Shown here piece by piece: positions 38,508-53,694 of a DNA stretch of 64,000 nucleotides. Position 1 is the first letter of the stretch. Each line of letters starts with the position of its first letter. The notes beneath the pieces were generated by a model that did no database searches, had not been told where the DNA came from, and was given only the letters and a program-made list of their open reading frames with translations. A program made the translations under genes and the position numbers. The DNA is taken from the NCBI GenBank assembly GCA_051362555.1, contig CM120642.1:20212001-20276000 (forward strand), in the 5' to 3' direction. This DNA is from Lingula anatina. Its lineage: Eukaryota; Animalia; Brachiopoda.

Positions 38508-40265
38508 ATATAATTCCAAAGAAGCTGCTATTCAAACTTTTAATCTTTCAGTTTGATATATATATATATAAACTTATTTGCAATATTAAACAAAATTTAC
38601 CTGCATAATTATCACTGCTTCCTTATTATTAATCTAGCAGAGAGCTTAACCTATGGGAGTTTACAGGGAAATATCAACAAGTGTGCTTTATGTAATCTCA
38701 AATCACAAGTGTGCTTTATGTAGCCTATAAATTAGGCAAATTACTTTATAACTGAAATTAGCGAAGTGATACCCAAGGGAAATTTATAGACTTACCCTCT
38801 CAAAGATCTTTCAGGCCCATAAGTCACAACTTAAGAAGAGCACAAAACAATAATGCACAAAATAGGAGACTACCACTTCTGATGCAATAATACATTATGT
38901 TTAACTGCACAGTCAACATCAAATTTTAATTTTGCACAACAGGTGACATCGACGAAAGTAAAAGCATAAGGCTTCAGGCCCATCAGAGTTCAAGTTTATA
39001 CTTAGAAAGTGCCAGAATGAGAAAAACGAAATTTCACACAAAATTGCATTAAATTCAATAATAAATGATAACCCAATTGACCTGGCTTTCTAATTTGAAC
39101 TGCTTGCCAATCCTAAAAATCATACTCTTAAGTTAAATATAATAATAAATAACACAGTTTTCTTTTCATAACGTTTGCAGTAGCAGTGCAAAAAGATAAT
39201 TGTCAATTTTGATGTAACATTACATAATAAATTATAGAATAATTATCACCAATTTTTGATTATTGACTATAAATAGCATGAACATGGAGAAAATTTGATT
39301 ACCATCCAGCTTCATGTCCATGGGAGCTCCGAGTCCCACAATGAATATGCCAAAAAGATAATGAATATTTCACTAAAATGTATAACTTCCAGAAAAAGAA
39401 GCCCATTAGACTGCTTTTCCAACTCGGGCTGCATTTTAGTCCTGTGTTCCTTTTTTTAAAGTTTGACAATCATAAGTAACACGGTTTTCCTATCATGGTC
39501 ATCATGGCAGATGTGGATGATTGAATCTGACAAACTGCAATGATATGAGTTTATTTCCATTTTTGACACTTGATTACACAATACATGATAACAAGTTTAC
39601 CATCATTTTTACATAATCAACTAACAATGTTGTAAAGATGCAGGAAATATCAAACAAACACTTTTACGTATCTTATTAGTTCAATAATGAGACTGTTAAC
39701 ATGCCTAAGAATTGAATCCTAGGAAATTTGAAAAAACAGTACAACTTGTAAAATAATGGCCTGATAACGCTGATTTTCGAACTCAACCTGCATTTTTGTA
39801 AGATTGACCACTCCTGTGAGTATAATGACAATTGGCTAAGCTGTTTTTCTTATATTGTTAATAATTAATTGTTAATATTGTTAATAATTAATTGTTAATT
39901 ATTAATGTTGCATATATGTTGAAAAAAGTGAAAAAACAGCATAAAAAATTAAAAGAAAATGTAAAAAAAACATAATAAAAAATACCAATAAAGCTGCTAT
40001 TCAAACTTTTAATCTAGCTGTACAATTACTAACATGATATGAATAACCCTATTGAGTTTGAGAATAATAAGGCACTGTTATTCATCTTTAGCATTAATGT
40101 AAGCGTTACACAAAATCTTTTTTGTAAACTTATTTTCCATATTAAATAACATTTACCTGCATAATAATCATCGATTCCTAATTATGTGACACAGTTAAGA
40201 AAGCTTAACCCTCATCCACAAGGAAATGGAACCCTACGTAAACCCTGAAACCGGGCCTCAGAGGC

Positions 40266-41781
40266 CTGGTGTACCATGTAAATCTGACTCCCCCCAAAAA
40301 ACATTCAAAAATCTAATTTAATTTGAGTAAATGACTATAATATTGTAGTATGCATAATGGAGGACACATTGGCACTTTTTGTTAGTTTGCAGGTGAAAAT
40401 TTTCATGAAAAAATAAAGAAAAATTAAAGATTTGTATTTTACCACCCAAGGACTCCCCTATGAAAAAGCTATTTATTTGACATTTGATGACCATTTCAAC
40501 ATCTTTTCTTTGAGGATACTTTATGAGGAATATATTGAAAGTACTTGAAAGTTTAATGGTTAAAAAATTGGGTGAAAAAAATAATAATAAAAAAAACACA
40601 TTAAAAGATAAGAAAAATTAAAGATTTTTATTCTCACACCCAATGACCCCCCTATGAAAAAGCTATTTATTTTATGTTTGATGATCATTCTGACATCTTT
40701 TCTTTGAGGATACTTTATGAGGAATATATTGAAAGTACTTGAAAGTTTGATGGTTAAAAAATTGGGTGAAAAAAATAATAAAAAAACACATGAAAAATAA
40801 GAAAAATTAAAGATTTGTATTCTAACACCCAATGACTCCCCTATGAAAAGGCTATCTATTTGATATTTGATGATCATTCTGACATCTTTTCTTTAAGGAT
40901 ACTTAATGAAGAATATATTGGAAATATTTGAAAGTTTGAATGGTAAAATACTGGGTATGCTATATAAGAAGAATTCAGTAAAAAGGCGATGGGGCCAATT
41001 TCCTGAGTTAAAAATGTAGCATTTTGACATGGAAGTGCAAAACCTACAGGTAGTAAGATGAATACTTGTTTTAAAAATATTCACCAAAATTTTCACCACC
41101 AAACTTTTAAATAATAACAAAAAGTACATTTCTGTGCAAATGGTGACTGAATATAAAATAGGTCCTTTTCTTTATGGGAATCCAAATCTCATGGGTATAA
41201 AAATGAAGATTTTCATGATTTATTTTTCATTCTTTCACTCACTATTTAATCATCAAACTTTTAAATATTTCCAATATATTTTTCATAAAGTATCCTAATA
41301 GAAAAGATGTCAGAAGGATCATCAAATATCAAATAAATAGCTTTTTCATAGGGGAGTTATTGGGTGATAAAATGCACATTTTTAATTTTCTATTTTTCAT
41401 GTTTTTTTTTTTAGTTTTTTCACCCAATAGTTTACCATCAAACTTTCAAATATTTCCAATGTAATCTTCATAAAGTACATTTAGAGGAAAGATGTAGAAA
41501 TGATCATCCAATATCAAATAAATAGCTTTTTCAAAGGGGAGACAATGGGCGGTTAAGTACACATTTTTAATTTTCATATTTTTTTCATGAAAATATTCAC
41601 CTGCAAACTTAAAAAAAAGTGCCAAAGTATCCTCCATTTTACATACTACAATATCACAGTCATATACTCAAATAAAATAAGATTTACGAACATTTGTGGA
41701 GGGGGAGTCAAATTTTTATGGGGAGTCAGATTTTCATTATGAAAATCTGACTGGGGGAGTCAGATTTTCATGTTACACCAG
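40266..41781. mobile_element. Foldback-type element with long inverted arms
   Basis: CTGGTGTACCATGTAAATCTGACTCCCCC... versus ...GGGGGAGTCAGATTTTCATGTTACACCAG. Arms ~40266-40950 and ~41250-41781 contain inverted ~180-bp subrepeats. Confidence 0.75.
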
Positions 41782-43508
41782 TCCCTTGCTTGCTTTACCT
41801 CCACCTGGGTGCATGAGTATCCCTGTGTATGGAAAATGCGGAAAAACGTTTTTTTTTTCTCAAAATGGAAAGTTTCGCAAAGGTAGCACAGTCTATCAGG
41901 TATGTAATAATGATAGATTTAAACTGATATCTGCATATCAGGTGACCATGCAAGGTGATCGATTACTCATAAATAATAATTTCCCCAGGTCTTGAATCTT
42001 TCACAGGCAGATTTCATTGACCATACTGATAGTCATAGCACACATGATATTGCTTGTATAAAAACATTTTGTAGCAAAGCTATTTGAGGTAACATGGACT
42101 TATTTATCCCATGTGGAAGTAAAATTATCAAGCGACCGGGCCTCAGAGGCCCGGTTTCCAGGAAATGGGACTAACTTTTGGAAAAGTTAATTTCTACATA
42201 TGTTGTAAATTATTTCAAAACTAATTATTTATCCATTGATGGGGTATAAGTTGCTTGAGGATTACATGAAAGGAACAGGCTCAAAACCTCATGCTAATGA
42301 AGAGAGAGCAAAAGATACATGGGTCCGGGCCTGCGAGGCCCCTGAAAGGTGATTGAGGGTTAAAGATGCATACAAAGTCAATTTTTTGTCACAAAAACCA
42401 ACCAAATGCCAGCATATAGTTCCAAGTAGTATAACTAAGAGAATTACCAAAAGGCATTGTTTAATTTTACCCGAAAATGATGTTTGAACAGATTTTTCTG
42501 CCGGCATTCTAAGCTGTATGTCAATGGGGCAGGAAAGTAGGTCACGGAAGTAGGTTAAATTTACAACCATAAATTTAAAAAAGGAGCAGTCTAAAGGTCT
42601 TTTATGGCTGATAGAGTGATCTATTCAGTTTATCCCTTGGCATGTCGAATTTATATGAGTCATATGAGAATCTAGTAGAAGTGGTTTACATGTGTTACTC
42701 GGAATCCACACTCCACCGATGCTCGGTTCGTATGTACCTTTAACCGATGGGACTTTACAATGAAATCTCAATGTGTGTTTATGTAATCTCATTTAATGCC
42801 CACTTGAAAATTAATTAAGCAAATTATTTTATAACCCTGAAATAACTTGAAAATCAATTAAGCAAATTATTTTAAAACCCTAAATTAACTGCCTACTATC
42901 CATATACATTTATTGCACCAAATAGCACTGTACTGCATTGCTTTCAAAACAGAAAACAATTACGATGGTTTTCCAACACAAGCTGCACTTCAGTCTTTAC
43001 AGTAAGGTTGATTATCATAAGTAACATGGTTTTCCCTTAATCGCTATCCTGGCAGCAGTGTCCAAAATAGGGTTTTCTTTAACTTTCATGCAATATAACA
43101 TAATACTTAACAACATAATGACCATCAATTTTTTTTATAAAAAAATAAAAGTATCATGGATATTCAGAAAATGTGATATGGAAAGGTCTCCAAGGACATG
43201 GAAGTTGGGGTCACACTTTCAAAATGCCAAAATGTTAACAAGAGATAACTGTACTGAAATGATTTTCTTTCCATTTTCAACACCTTTTTTACATAAAACC
43301 ATAATCAATTAACTGTCATTTTTAAATGATCAACTAGGAAAATTGTTGACATAGGAAAAATATCAATAGAACAATTTATAATGTCCAATTAGCTCCATTT
43401 GGAGATTCTGAACATAGTGAATGATTGAATCTGACGATCTGCAATGATGAGTTTCTTTCCATTTTTGATACTTTATTACACAATGCACAATAATAGGTTT
43501 ACCGTCAT

Positions 43509-45519
43509 TTTTATGTACAGACACAGATGTGTCTGTACATATTGCCATCACCTGCGTCTGTCGTCGCCGTCGCCGTCGCCGATCATGTCGCCGTCGCCGT
43601 CGCCGTCGCCGTGCACTTTCAGCGTTAACACCATAAGTGGAAGACAGTTTTACTTTTTGGCTTTATATTTACAGAGCTGACTAATATTCATAAAATGCAG
43701 GTCAAGTTCGAAAATCAGCATGATCGGGCCATTATTGTAGAATTTATCCTGTTTTTTCACTTTTTAGCATATATGCAACACTGTTAACACATTTCAAGGA
43801 AAAATGATAGGCCTGTTGTCATGAAACTCACAGGAGTTATCAATCTTACTAAAATGCAGATCAAGTTCGAAAATCGGCATGATCGGGCCACTATTTTAGT
43901 AGTTATGCTGTTTTTTCACTTTTCAGCATATGTGCAACACTGTTAACACATTTCAAGGAAAACCGATAGACCTGTTGTCATGAAACTCACAGGAGTAATC
44001 AATCTTACTAAAACGCAGGTCAAGTTCGAAAATCAGCATAATCGGGCCATTATTTTATAAGTTATGCTGTTTTTTCACATTTCCTCAGATTCAATTCTTA
44101 GGCATGTTAACAGTCTCATTATTTAACTAATAAGATTAGTAAAAGTGTTTGTTTGACATTTCCTGCATCTTTACATCATTGTTAGTTGATTATGTAAAAA
44201 TGATGGTAAACTTGTTATCATGTATTGTATAATAGAGTTTCAAAAATGGAAATAAACTCATATCATTGCAGTTTGTCAGATTCATTCATTCACTATGTTC
44301 AGAAACTCAGAATGGAGGAAATTGGACATTAAACACTGTTCTATTGATATTTTTCCCATCTCATCAATTTTCTTAGTTGATCATATATAAATGGCAGTAA
44401 ATTGTTAATTTTGTTATATGTTAAAAAATTGTTAAAAATGGAAAAAAAAAAACATTTCAGGACAGTGCTGTCTTGTCTACATTTTAGCATTTTCAAGGTG
44501 TGACTTTGAAGTTCCATGGACCTGAAGACCTTTGCTAGGAACATTTTCTGAATATCCATGATACTAATATTTTATTATTAAAAATTGATGGTAATTATCC
44601 TGTTAAACATTATGTAATATTGCATCAAAATTTGAAGACACCCCTATTTTGGACACTGCTCCCATGATGACCATTTAAGGAAAACCATGTCACTTACTGT
44701 TCTCAAACTTACAGGAAGAAACATGGGACTTGAATAAAGCTTCAGTGGGCAATGCAGTCTATTTGGTAAATTTTTTTGGCAGTTAATCAGTTTTTTGTGA
44801 AAATTTAATTTTTCACATATTGGCATTTTCAAGGTGTGACTTAAGAATCTCCACTGGCTTGAAGACCCATGCTAGTCACTTTTCTGAAAATCCATGATTC
44901 GGATCTTTTATTATTAAAAACTGATGGTCATTATGCTGTTAAGCATTATGTAATATTGCATTAAAATAGAAGAAAACACAATTTTGGGTGCTGCTCCCAT
45001 GGACATGAAGCCAAATGGTAATCAAATTTTCTACATGTCCATGCTATTTATAGTCAATAATCAAAAATTGGTGATAATTATTCTGTAATTTATTATGTAA
45101 TGTTACATCAAAATTGACAAAAATCTTTTTGCACTGCTACTACAAACATTATGAAAAGAAAACTGTGTTACTTATTATTATTTTCAACTTACAAGTATGA
45201 TTTGTAGGATTGGCATGCAGTTCAAATAGGAAGCCAGCTCAAATGGGTTATCATTTATTATTGAATTTAAGCAGTTTTATGTGAAATTTTCATTTTTCTC
45301 ATTCTGGCATTTTCAAAGTGTGAACTTAAACTCCCATGGGCCTGAAGCCTTACGCTTGTTACACATTTCACTTACATTGGTATTACCTGTTGAGCATAAT
45401 TAAAATTTGATGTTGAATTTGCAGTTAAACATAATGTACTTTTGCATCAGAATTGACAGTAGCCTGTTTTGTTATTTCTTGCTTTTTGTCTGTACATTTG
45501 ACAGCTTTGCTGCCTTGTT
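43509..45519 (+). mobile_element. Complete ~2-kb family-B HINE copy in inverted orientation
   Basis: Both termini are present. It interrupts the host sequence CATTTTT|A(C/T)ATAATCAACTAAC, which is uninterrupted near 39603 and 52207. No TSD. Confidence 0.85.
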
Positions 45520-46891
45520 ATATAATCAACTAACAATATTGTTAAGAAGCAGAAAATGTTAAAACAACACTTTTACATATCCAATTAGTTCCGTAATGAG
45601 ACTGTTAACATGCTTAAGAATTAAGTCTGAAGAAAAACCACTTATATACAAAAAGGCTTATAACTTCATCAAAACTTAACTGATCAAGCTTATTTTCAAA
45701 CTTGATCTGTATACTGGTCAGATTGATCACTCCTGTGAGTTGCAAGACAAAAGGCTGATTGGTTTTCCTTAAAATGCGTTATCAGTATTGCATGTATGCT
45801 GAATAAAGGGAAAAAAACAGCATTACTTTTGTAAAAATAGTCCAATCATGCCAATTTTCAAACTTGACCTGCGTATTATAAAGATTCACCAGTTCTGTAA
45901 ATTTCAATCCAAAAGGAAAAACATTTTTACACTTATCATGTTATCGGTGTTATAAAAGTGCTGAAAAAATTGAAAAAAAAAAAAAAAACAAACAAACAAA
46001 CAAACAAAAAAAAAAAACAAAACAGGATAACTTCCATAAAAATTGCCCGATCTTGCTGATTTTCAAACTTGACCTGCGTATTACGAATATTCATTAGTTC
46101 TGTAAGTTTCAAGCCAAATGAAAAAATAGTTTTCCACTTGTTGTGTTATCAGTGCTGCATATATGCTGAAAAAAAGTGAAAAAACAGCATAAATTCCCTA
46201 ACAATAATCGAATCATGCTGATTTTCAAACTTGACTTGCGTATTATGAATATTTATCAGTTCTGCAAGTTTCAAGCCAAAAGGTAAATTGGTTTTCCGCT
46301 TATGGTGTTATCGGTGCTGCATATATGCTGAAAAAAGTGAACAAGGCAGCAAAGCTGTCAAATGTACAGACAAAAAACAGAAAATAAAGATGCAAAAAAG
46401 GTCATTTTGTTAATTTTGATGCAATAATAAATAATGCTTATAATAGCACTGTTGGTCAACACTGAATTTTACTCTTGCACAACAGGTAACATGGTCAATA
46501 ACAGGAGCAGACCCAGAGATATTTTCTGACAGTATTACAAAGTATCTATGTTGATCCATCCTCCATTTTGATGGTCTTCCAACAGAAAAAAATAGATACC
46601 AGTCAATGTAAACTTAATAACCTGACTGTCTTCCGGAAGACCCAGAAGATGGTCTCAATCCACCCCTTCAATAAGATTACAGTTTCAGGACCATGAGAGT
46701 TCAAATTCACATTATGAAAGTCTCAATATTTGAAAAATGATGACAGTGCATAAAATAATATTACATAATGTTTAAAGACATAAAAAACAATACAACTGCT
46801 TATGTGGAAATACAGAAAATGTGCAGAGCCCCAGGCAGATGAGAGTTACAAATGCAAGTGTTTGAGAAAAAATTATAAAGGAAAACAACAA

Positions 46892-47127
46892 AACTAGAAA
46901 AGCACTTTGAGAGTGCAGACCTCTGCCAAGGCAGCAATTGTTGATTATTATTGATAATTGATTGATTATTGATCCAGACCACCACCAAAAATTAATCATT
47001 GTCCTCTTTGGCCCACTTTCGACAGTTCCTGAAAATTTCTGCAAAATCGGTCCATAACTTTTTGTGTTATGTGGATGACAGACAAACAGGGGTGAAAATA
47101 TAACCCCCTTGGCAGAGCTTGAGGTAA
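46892..47127 (-). mobile_element. HINE family A copy nested in family B
   Basis: Same position in the host as the 38323 copy; the empty site is at ~50500. Confidence 0.8.
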
Positions 47128-47173
47128 ATATAATTCCAATGAAGATGCTATTCAAACTTTTAACCTTCCAGTT

Positions 47174-47175
<2 letters not shown>

Positions 47176-47233
<58 letters not shown>
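47176..47233. repeat. (TA)n microsatellite
   Basis: Longer than the run at the paralogous site near 38556. Confidence 0.95.
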
Positions 47234-47235
<2 letters not shown>

Positions 47236-50200
47236 CTTATTTGCAATAATAAACAAAATTTACCTGCATAATTATCACTGCTTCCTTATTATTAATCTAG
47301 CAGAGAGCTTTACCTTTGGGAGTTTACAGGGAAATATCAACAAGTGTGCTTTACGTAATCTCATTTAATGGCCTATTAAAGCAAATGACTTTATAACTCT
47401 CAAATTAATCTACTGATACCCAAGGGTAATTTACAGACTGACCCACTCAAAGGTCTTCAGGCCCATAAGTCACACCTTAAGCAAAGCACAAAACCATAAT
47501 GCCCAAAATAGGAGACTACCAATCCTGATGCAGTAATACATTATGTTTAACTGCACAGTCAACATCAACTTATGCACAACAGGTAACACAGACGAAAGTA
47601 AAAGCATAAGGCTCCAGGCCCATCAGAGTTCAAGTTTATACTTAGAAAGTGCCAGAATGAGAAAAATGAAAATTTCACAAAAAATGCATAAATACATTTT
47701 TGATAATCAAATAGAGCTGGTTTTCTCATGAGCTGAAGGCCAATCCTAAAAATCGTACTTGTAAGTTTAAAATTATAATAAGTAGCACAGTTTTCTTTTC
47801 ATAATGTTTGCAGTAGCAGTGCAAAAAGATTGTTGTCAATTTTGATGTAACATTACATAATAAATTAGAGAATAATTATCACCAATTTTTGTTTATTGAC
47901 TATAAATAGGATGGACATGTAGAAAATATGATTACCATTTGGCTTCATGTCCATGGGAGCTCCGAGTCCCACAATGAATATGCCAAAAAGATAATGAATA
48001 TTACACTAAAATGTATAACTTCCAGAAAAAGAAGCCAATTAGACTGCTTTTCTCACTCAGGCTGCATTTTAGTCCTGTGTTTCTTTTTTGAATGTTTGAC
48101 AGTCATAAGTAACACGGTTTTCCCATAATGGTCATCAAGGCAGCAGCACCAAAAATTGTTTTTTCTTCTATTTTGATGCAACATTACATAATGCTTAACA
48201 GCATAATGACCATCGATTTTTAATAATAAAATATAAGTGTCATGGATTTTCACAAAATGTGACTAGCATGGGTCTTCAAGCCTGTGGAGGTTCTAAGTCA
48301 CACCTTGGAAATGCCAATATGTGAAAAATTAAATTTTCACAAAAAACTGTTTAATTGCCAGAAAAATTTACCAAACAGAATGCATTGCCTACTGAAGCTG
48401 TATTTTAGTCCCATGTTTCTTTCCTGTAAGTTTGAGAACAGTAAGTGACATGATTTTCCTTAAATGGTCATCATGGGAGCAGTGCCCAAAATAGGGGTTT
48501 CTTCAAATTTTGATGCAATATTACATAATGTTTTACAGCATAATGACCATCAATTTTTAATTATAAAATATTAGTATATATTAATATTAATAATAATATT
48601 AATATTAGGTTATTCAGAAAATGTAACTAGCAAACGTCTTCAGGCCCATGGAACTTCAAAGTCACATATAGAAAATGCCAAAATGTAAACAAGACAGCAC
48701 TGTTCTGAAATGGGCTTATTTCCATTTTTAACACTTTTTTAATATAAAACAAAATAAACAGTTTACTGCCATTTTTATATGACCAATGAAGAAAATTGAT
48801 GAGATGGGAAAAGTATCAATAGAACAGTGTTAAATGTCCAACTTCCTCCATTCTGAGATTCTGAACATAGTGGATGAATGCATCTGACAAACTGCAATGA
48901 TATGAGTTTATTTCCATTTTTGACACTTTATTACACAATACATGATAACAAGTTTACCATCATTTTTACAAAATCAACTAACAATGTTGTAAAGATGCAG
49001 GAAATGTCAAACAAACACTTTTACGTATCTTATTAATTCAATAATGAGACTGTTAACATGCCTAAGAATTGAATGTAAGGAAATGTGAAAAAACAGCAGA
49101 ACTTCTAAAATAATGGACTGATTATGCTGATTTTCAAACTCAACCTGCGTTTTAGTAAGATTGGCCCCTCCTGTGAGTATAATGACAATTGGCCAATCTG
49201 TTTTTCTTATATTGTGTTATCAGTGTTGCATATATACTGAAAAAAGTGAAAAAACAGCATAAATTCCCTATAAGTGACCCGATCGTGCTGATTTTCGAAC
49301 TTGACCTGCATATTATGAATATTTATCAGTTCTATAAGTTTCAAGCCAAAAGGTAAAATGGTTTTCCACTTATCGTGTTATCGGTGCTGCATATATGCTG
49401 AAAAAAGAGAAAAAATAGCCTAAATTCACTAAAAATGACCCAATCACGCTGATTTTCGAACTTGACCTGCGTATTATGTATATTCATCAGTTCTGTAAGT
49501 TTCAAGCCAAAAGGTAAAATGGTTTTCCACTTATCGTGTTATCGGTGCTGCATATATGCTGAAAAAAGTGAAAAAACAGCATAAATTCCCTATAAGTGAC
49601 CCGATCATGCTGATTTTCGAACTTGACCTGCGTATTATGAATATTCATCAGTTCTGTAAGCTTCAAACAAAAAGAAAAAACAGTTTTCCACTTATCGTGT
49701 TATCGGTAAAAGTGCACGGCGACGGCGACGACGGCAACGACGGCGACGACAGACGCAGATGACGGCTATATGTGTCAGTACATAAAAAACAGCATAAATT
49801 CCCGAAAAATGACCCAATCATGCTGATTTTCGAACTTGACCTGTGTATTATGAATATTCATCAGTTTTGTAAGTTTCAAGTCAAAAGGTAAAATGGTTTT
49901 CCACTTATCGTGTTATCAGTGCTGCATATATGCTGAAAAAAGTGAAACAAGGCAGCAAAGCTGTCAAATGTACAGACAAAAAACAGAAAAAAAAAGATGC
50001 AAAATAGGTCATTATGTCAATTTTGATGCAATAATAAATGCTTATAATAGCACAGTCAGTCAACACTGATTTTTAATCATGCACAACAGGTAACATGGTC
50101 AATAACAGGAGCAGATTCAGAGATATTTTCTGACAGTATTCCAAAGTATCTTTGTTGATCCATCCTCCATTTTGATAGTCTTCCAACAGAAACCCGTTAA

Positions 50201-51930
50201 TATAAACTGTAAAATCTGACTGTCTTCCAGGAGACCCAGAAGATGGTCTTAATCCACCCTTTCAATAAGATTACAATGTCAGGACCATGAGAGTTAAAAT
50301 TCACATGATGAAAGTCCCTATATATGAAAAATGATGACAGTGCATAAAATAATATTACATTGTGTTTAAAGACATAAATACCAATACAGCTGCTTATGTG
50401 GAAATACTGAAAATGTGCACAGCCTCAGGTGGATGGGAGTTAAAAATCACATCTTCAAAAATGCCAGTGTTGGAGAAAAAATTAAATAGAAACAACAAAA
50501 ATATAATTCTAATGAAGCTGTTATTCACTGCTTCCTTATTATGGACACTATGTTATCTAGCAGAGAGCTTAACAGGGAAATATCAACAAGTGTGCTTTAT
50601 GAAATTTCAATTAATGGCTACTTAATTAGGTAAATGAGTTTATAGCACTGAAATTAGCCTTGTGAATACCCAAGGGGAATTAACAGACTGACCACACAAA
50701 TTTGTCTATCAAAGGTCTTCAGGCCCATAAGTCACACCTTAAGAAAAGCAGAAAACAATAATGCACAAAAACAGGAGACTGCCCAATTCTGATGCAATAA
50801 TACATTATGTTTAACTGCACAGTCAACATAAAATTTTAATTATGCACAACAGGTAACACTGATGAAAGTAAAAGCATAAGGCTCCAGGCCCATCAGAGTT
50901 CAAGTTTTCAATTAGAAAGTGCCAGAATGAGAAAAATGAAAATTTCACAAAAAATGCATAAATTTAATAAAAATGATGACCCAATTGACCTGGCTTTCTA
51001 ATTTGAACTGCATGCCAATCCTAAAAATCGTACTTATAAGTTAAATATAATAATAAGTAACACAGTTTTCTTTTCATAATGTTTGCAGTAGCAGTGCAAA
51101 AAGATTATTGTCAATTTTGATGTAACATTACATAATAATTATAGAATAATTATCACCAATTTTTGATTATTGACTATAAATAGCATGGACATGTAGAAAA
51201 TTTGATTACCATTAGGCTTCATGTCCATGGGAGCTCTGAGTCCCACAATGAATATGCCAAAAAGATAATGAATATTTCACTAAGTGTATAACTTCCAGAA
51301 AAAGAAGCCAATTAGACTGCTTTTCCAACTCGGGCTGCATTTTAGTCCTGTGTTTCTTTTTTGAAAGTTTGACAGTAATAAGTAACACCGTTTTCCCATA
51401 ATGGTCATCATGGCAGCAGCACCAAATAGTGTTTTCTTCTATTTTGATGCAACATTACATAATGCTTAACAGCATAATGACCATCAATTTTAAATGATAA
51501 AATATACGTGTCATGGATTTTCAGAAAATGTGACTAGCAAGGGTCTTCAAGCCCGTGGAGGTTCTAAGTCGCACCTTGAAAATGTCAATAAGTGAAAAAT
51601 TAAATTTTCACAAAAAACTGTTAAATTGCCAGAAAAATTTACCAAACAGACTGCATTGCCTACTGAGGCTGTAAGTTAGACCCATGTTTCTTTCTTGTAA
51701 GTTTGAAAACAGCAAGTGACATGTTTTCCCTTAAATGGTCATCATAGGAGCAGTGCCCTAAATAGGGGTTTCTTCAAATTTTGATGCAACGTTACATAAT
51801 GTTTAACAGCATAATAACCATCAAATGTTATTAATAAAATATTAGTAACATGGACATTCAGAAAACATGACAAGCAAAGGTCTTCAGGCCCATGGAACTT
51901 CAAAGTCACATCTTGAAAATGCCAAAATGT

Positions 51931-53694
51931 AAACAAGACAGCACTGTCCTGAAATGGGTTTATTTCCATTTTTAACACTTTTTTAACATAAAACAAAATA
52001 AACATTTTACTGCCATTTTTATATGACCAACTAAGAAAATTGATGAGATGGGAAAAGTATCAATAGAACAGTGTTAAATGTCCAATTTCCTCCATTCTGA
52101 GATTCTGAACATAGTGGATGATTGAATCTGACAAACTGCAATGATATGAGTTTATTTCCATTTTTGACACTTTATTACACAATACATGATAACAAGTTTA
52201 CCATGTTTTTTTACATAATCAACTAACAATGTTGTAAAGATGCAGGAAATATCAAACAAACACTTTTACACATCTAATTAGTTCAATAATGAGACTGTTA
52301 ACATGCCTAATAATTGAATCTGAGGAAATGTGAAAAAACAGTATAACTTCTAAAATAATGACCCGATTATGCTGATTTTCGAACTCAACCTGCATTTTAG
52401 TAAGATTGACCACTCCTGTGAATATAATGCCAATTGGCCAATCCGTTTTTCTTATATTGTGTTATCAGTGTTGCATTTATATTGAAAAGTGAAAAAACAG
52501 CATAAATTCCCTAAAAATGGCCCAATCATGCTGATTTTCGAACTTGACCTGCGTATTAAGAATTTTCATCAGTTCTGTAAGTTTCAAGCCAAAAGGTAAA
52601 ATGGTTTTCCACTTACTGTGTTATCGGTGCTGCATATATGCTGAAAAAGTGAAAAAACAACATAAATTCCCTAAAAATGGCCCAATCATGCCGATTTTCG
52701 AACTTGAACTGCATATTATGAATATTCATCAGTTCTGTAAGTTTCAAGTCAAAAGGTACAATGGTTTTCCACTTATGGTGTTATTGGTGCTGCATATATG
52801 TTGAAAAAAGTGAAACAAGACAGCACTGTCCTGAAATGGGTTTATTTCCATTTTTAACACTTTTTTAACATAAAACAAAATAAACATTTTACTGCCATTT
52901 TTATATGACCAACTAAGAAAATTGATGAGATGGGAAAAGTATCAATAGAACAGTGTTAAATGTCCAATTTCCTCCATTCTGAGATTCTGAACATAGTGGA
53001 TGATTGAATCTGACAAACTGCAATGATATGAGTTTATTTCCATTTTTGACACTTTATTACACAATACATGATAACAAGTTTACCATGTTTTTTTACATAA
53101 TCAACTAACAATGTTGTAAAGATGCAGGAAATATCAAACAAACACTTTTACGCATCTAATTAGTTCAATAATGAGACTGTTAACATGCCTAATAATTGAA
53201 TCTGAGGAAATGTGAAAAAACAGTATAACTTCTAAAATAATGGCCCGATTATGCTGATTTTCGAACTCAACCTGCATTTTAGTAAGATTGACCACTCCTG
53301 TGAATATAATGCCAATTGGCTAATCCGTTTTTCTTATATTGTGTTATCAGTGTTGCATTTATATTGAAAAGTGAAAAAACAGCATAAATTCCCTAAAAAT
53401 GGCCCAATCATGCTGATTTTCGAACTTGACCTGCGTATTAAGAATTTTCATCAGTTCTGTAAGTTTCAAGCCAAAAGGTAAAATGGTTTTCCACTTATTG
53501 TGTTATCGGTGCTGCATATATGCTGAAAAAGTGAAAAAACAACATAAATTCCCTAAAATTGGCCCAATCATGCCGATTTTCGAACTTGACCTGCATATTA
53601 TGAATATACATCAGTTCTGTAAGTTTCAAGTCAAAAGGTACAATGGTTTTCCACTTATCGTGTTATCGGTGCTGCATATATGTTGAAAAAAGTG
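51931..53694. repeat. Near-identical 882-bp direct duplication within the HINE cluster
   Basis: Copies start AAACAAGACAGCACTGTCC at 51931 and 52813. Twin ORFs at 52544 and 53426 are offset by 882. Confidence 0.9.

Noticed and set aside
40254-42150. SfiI-like GGCCNNNNNGGCC sites as cloning artefacts
   Set aside because: They lie within longer natural palindromes with variant copies, and no vector sequence is present.
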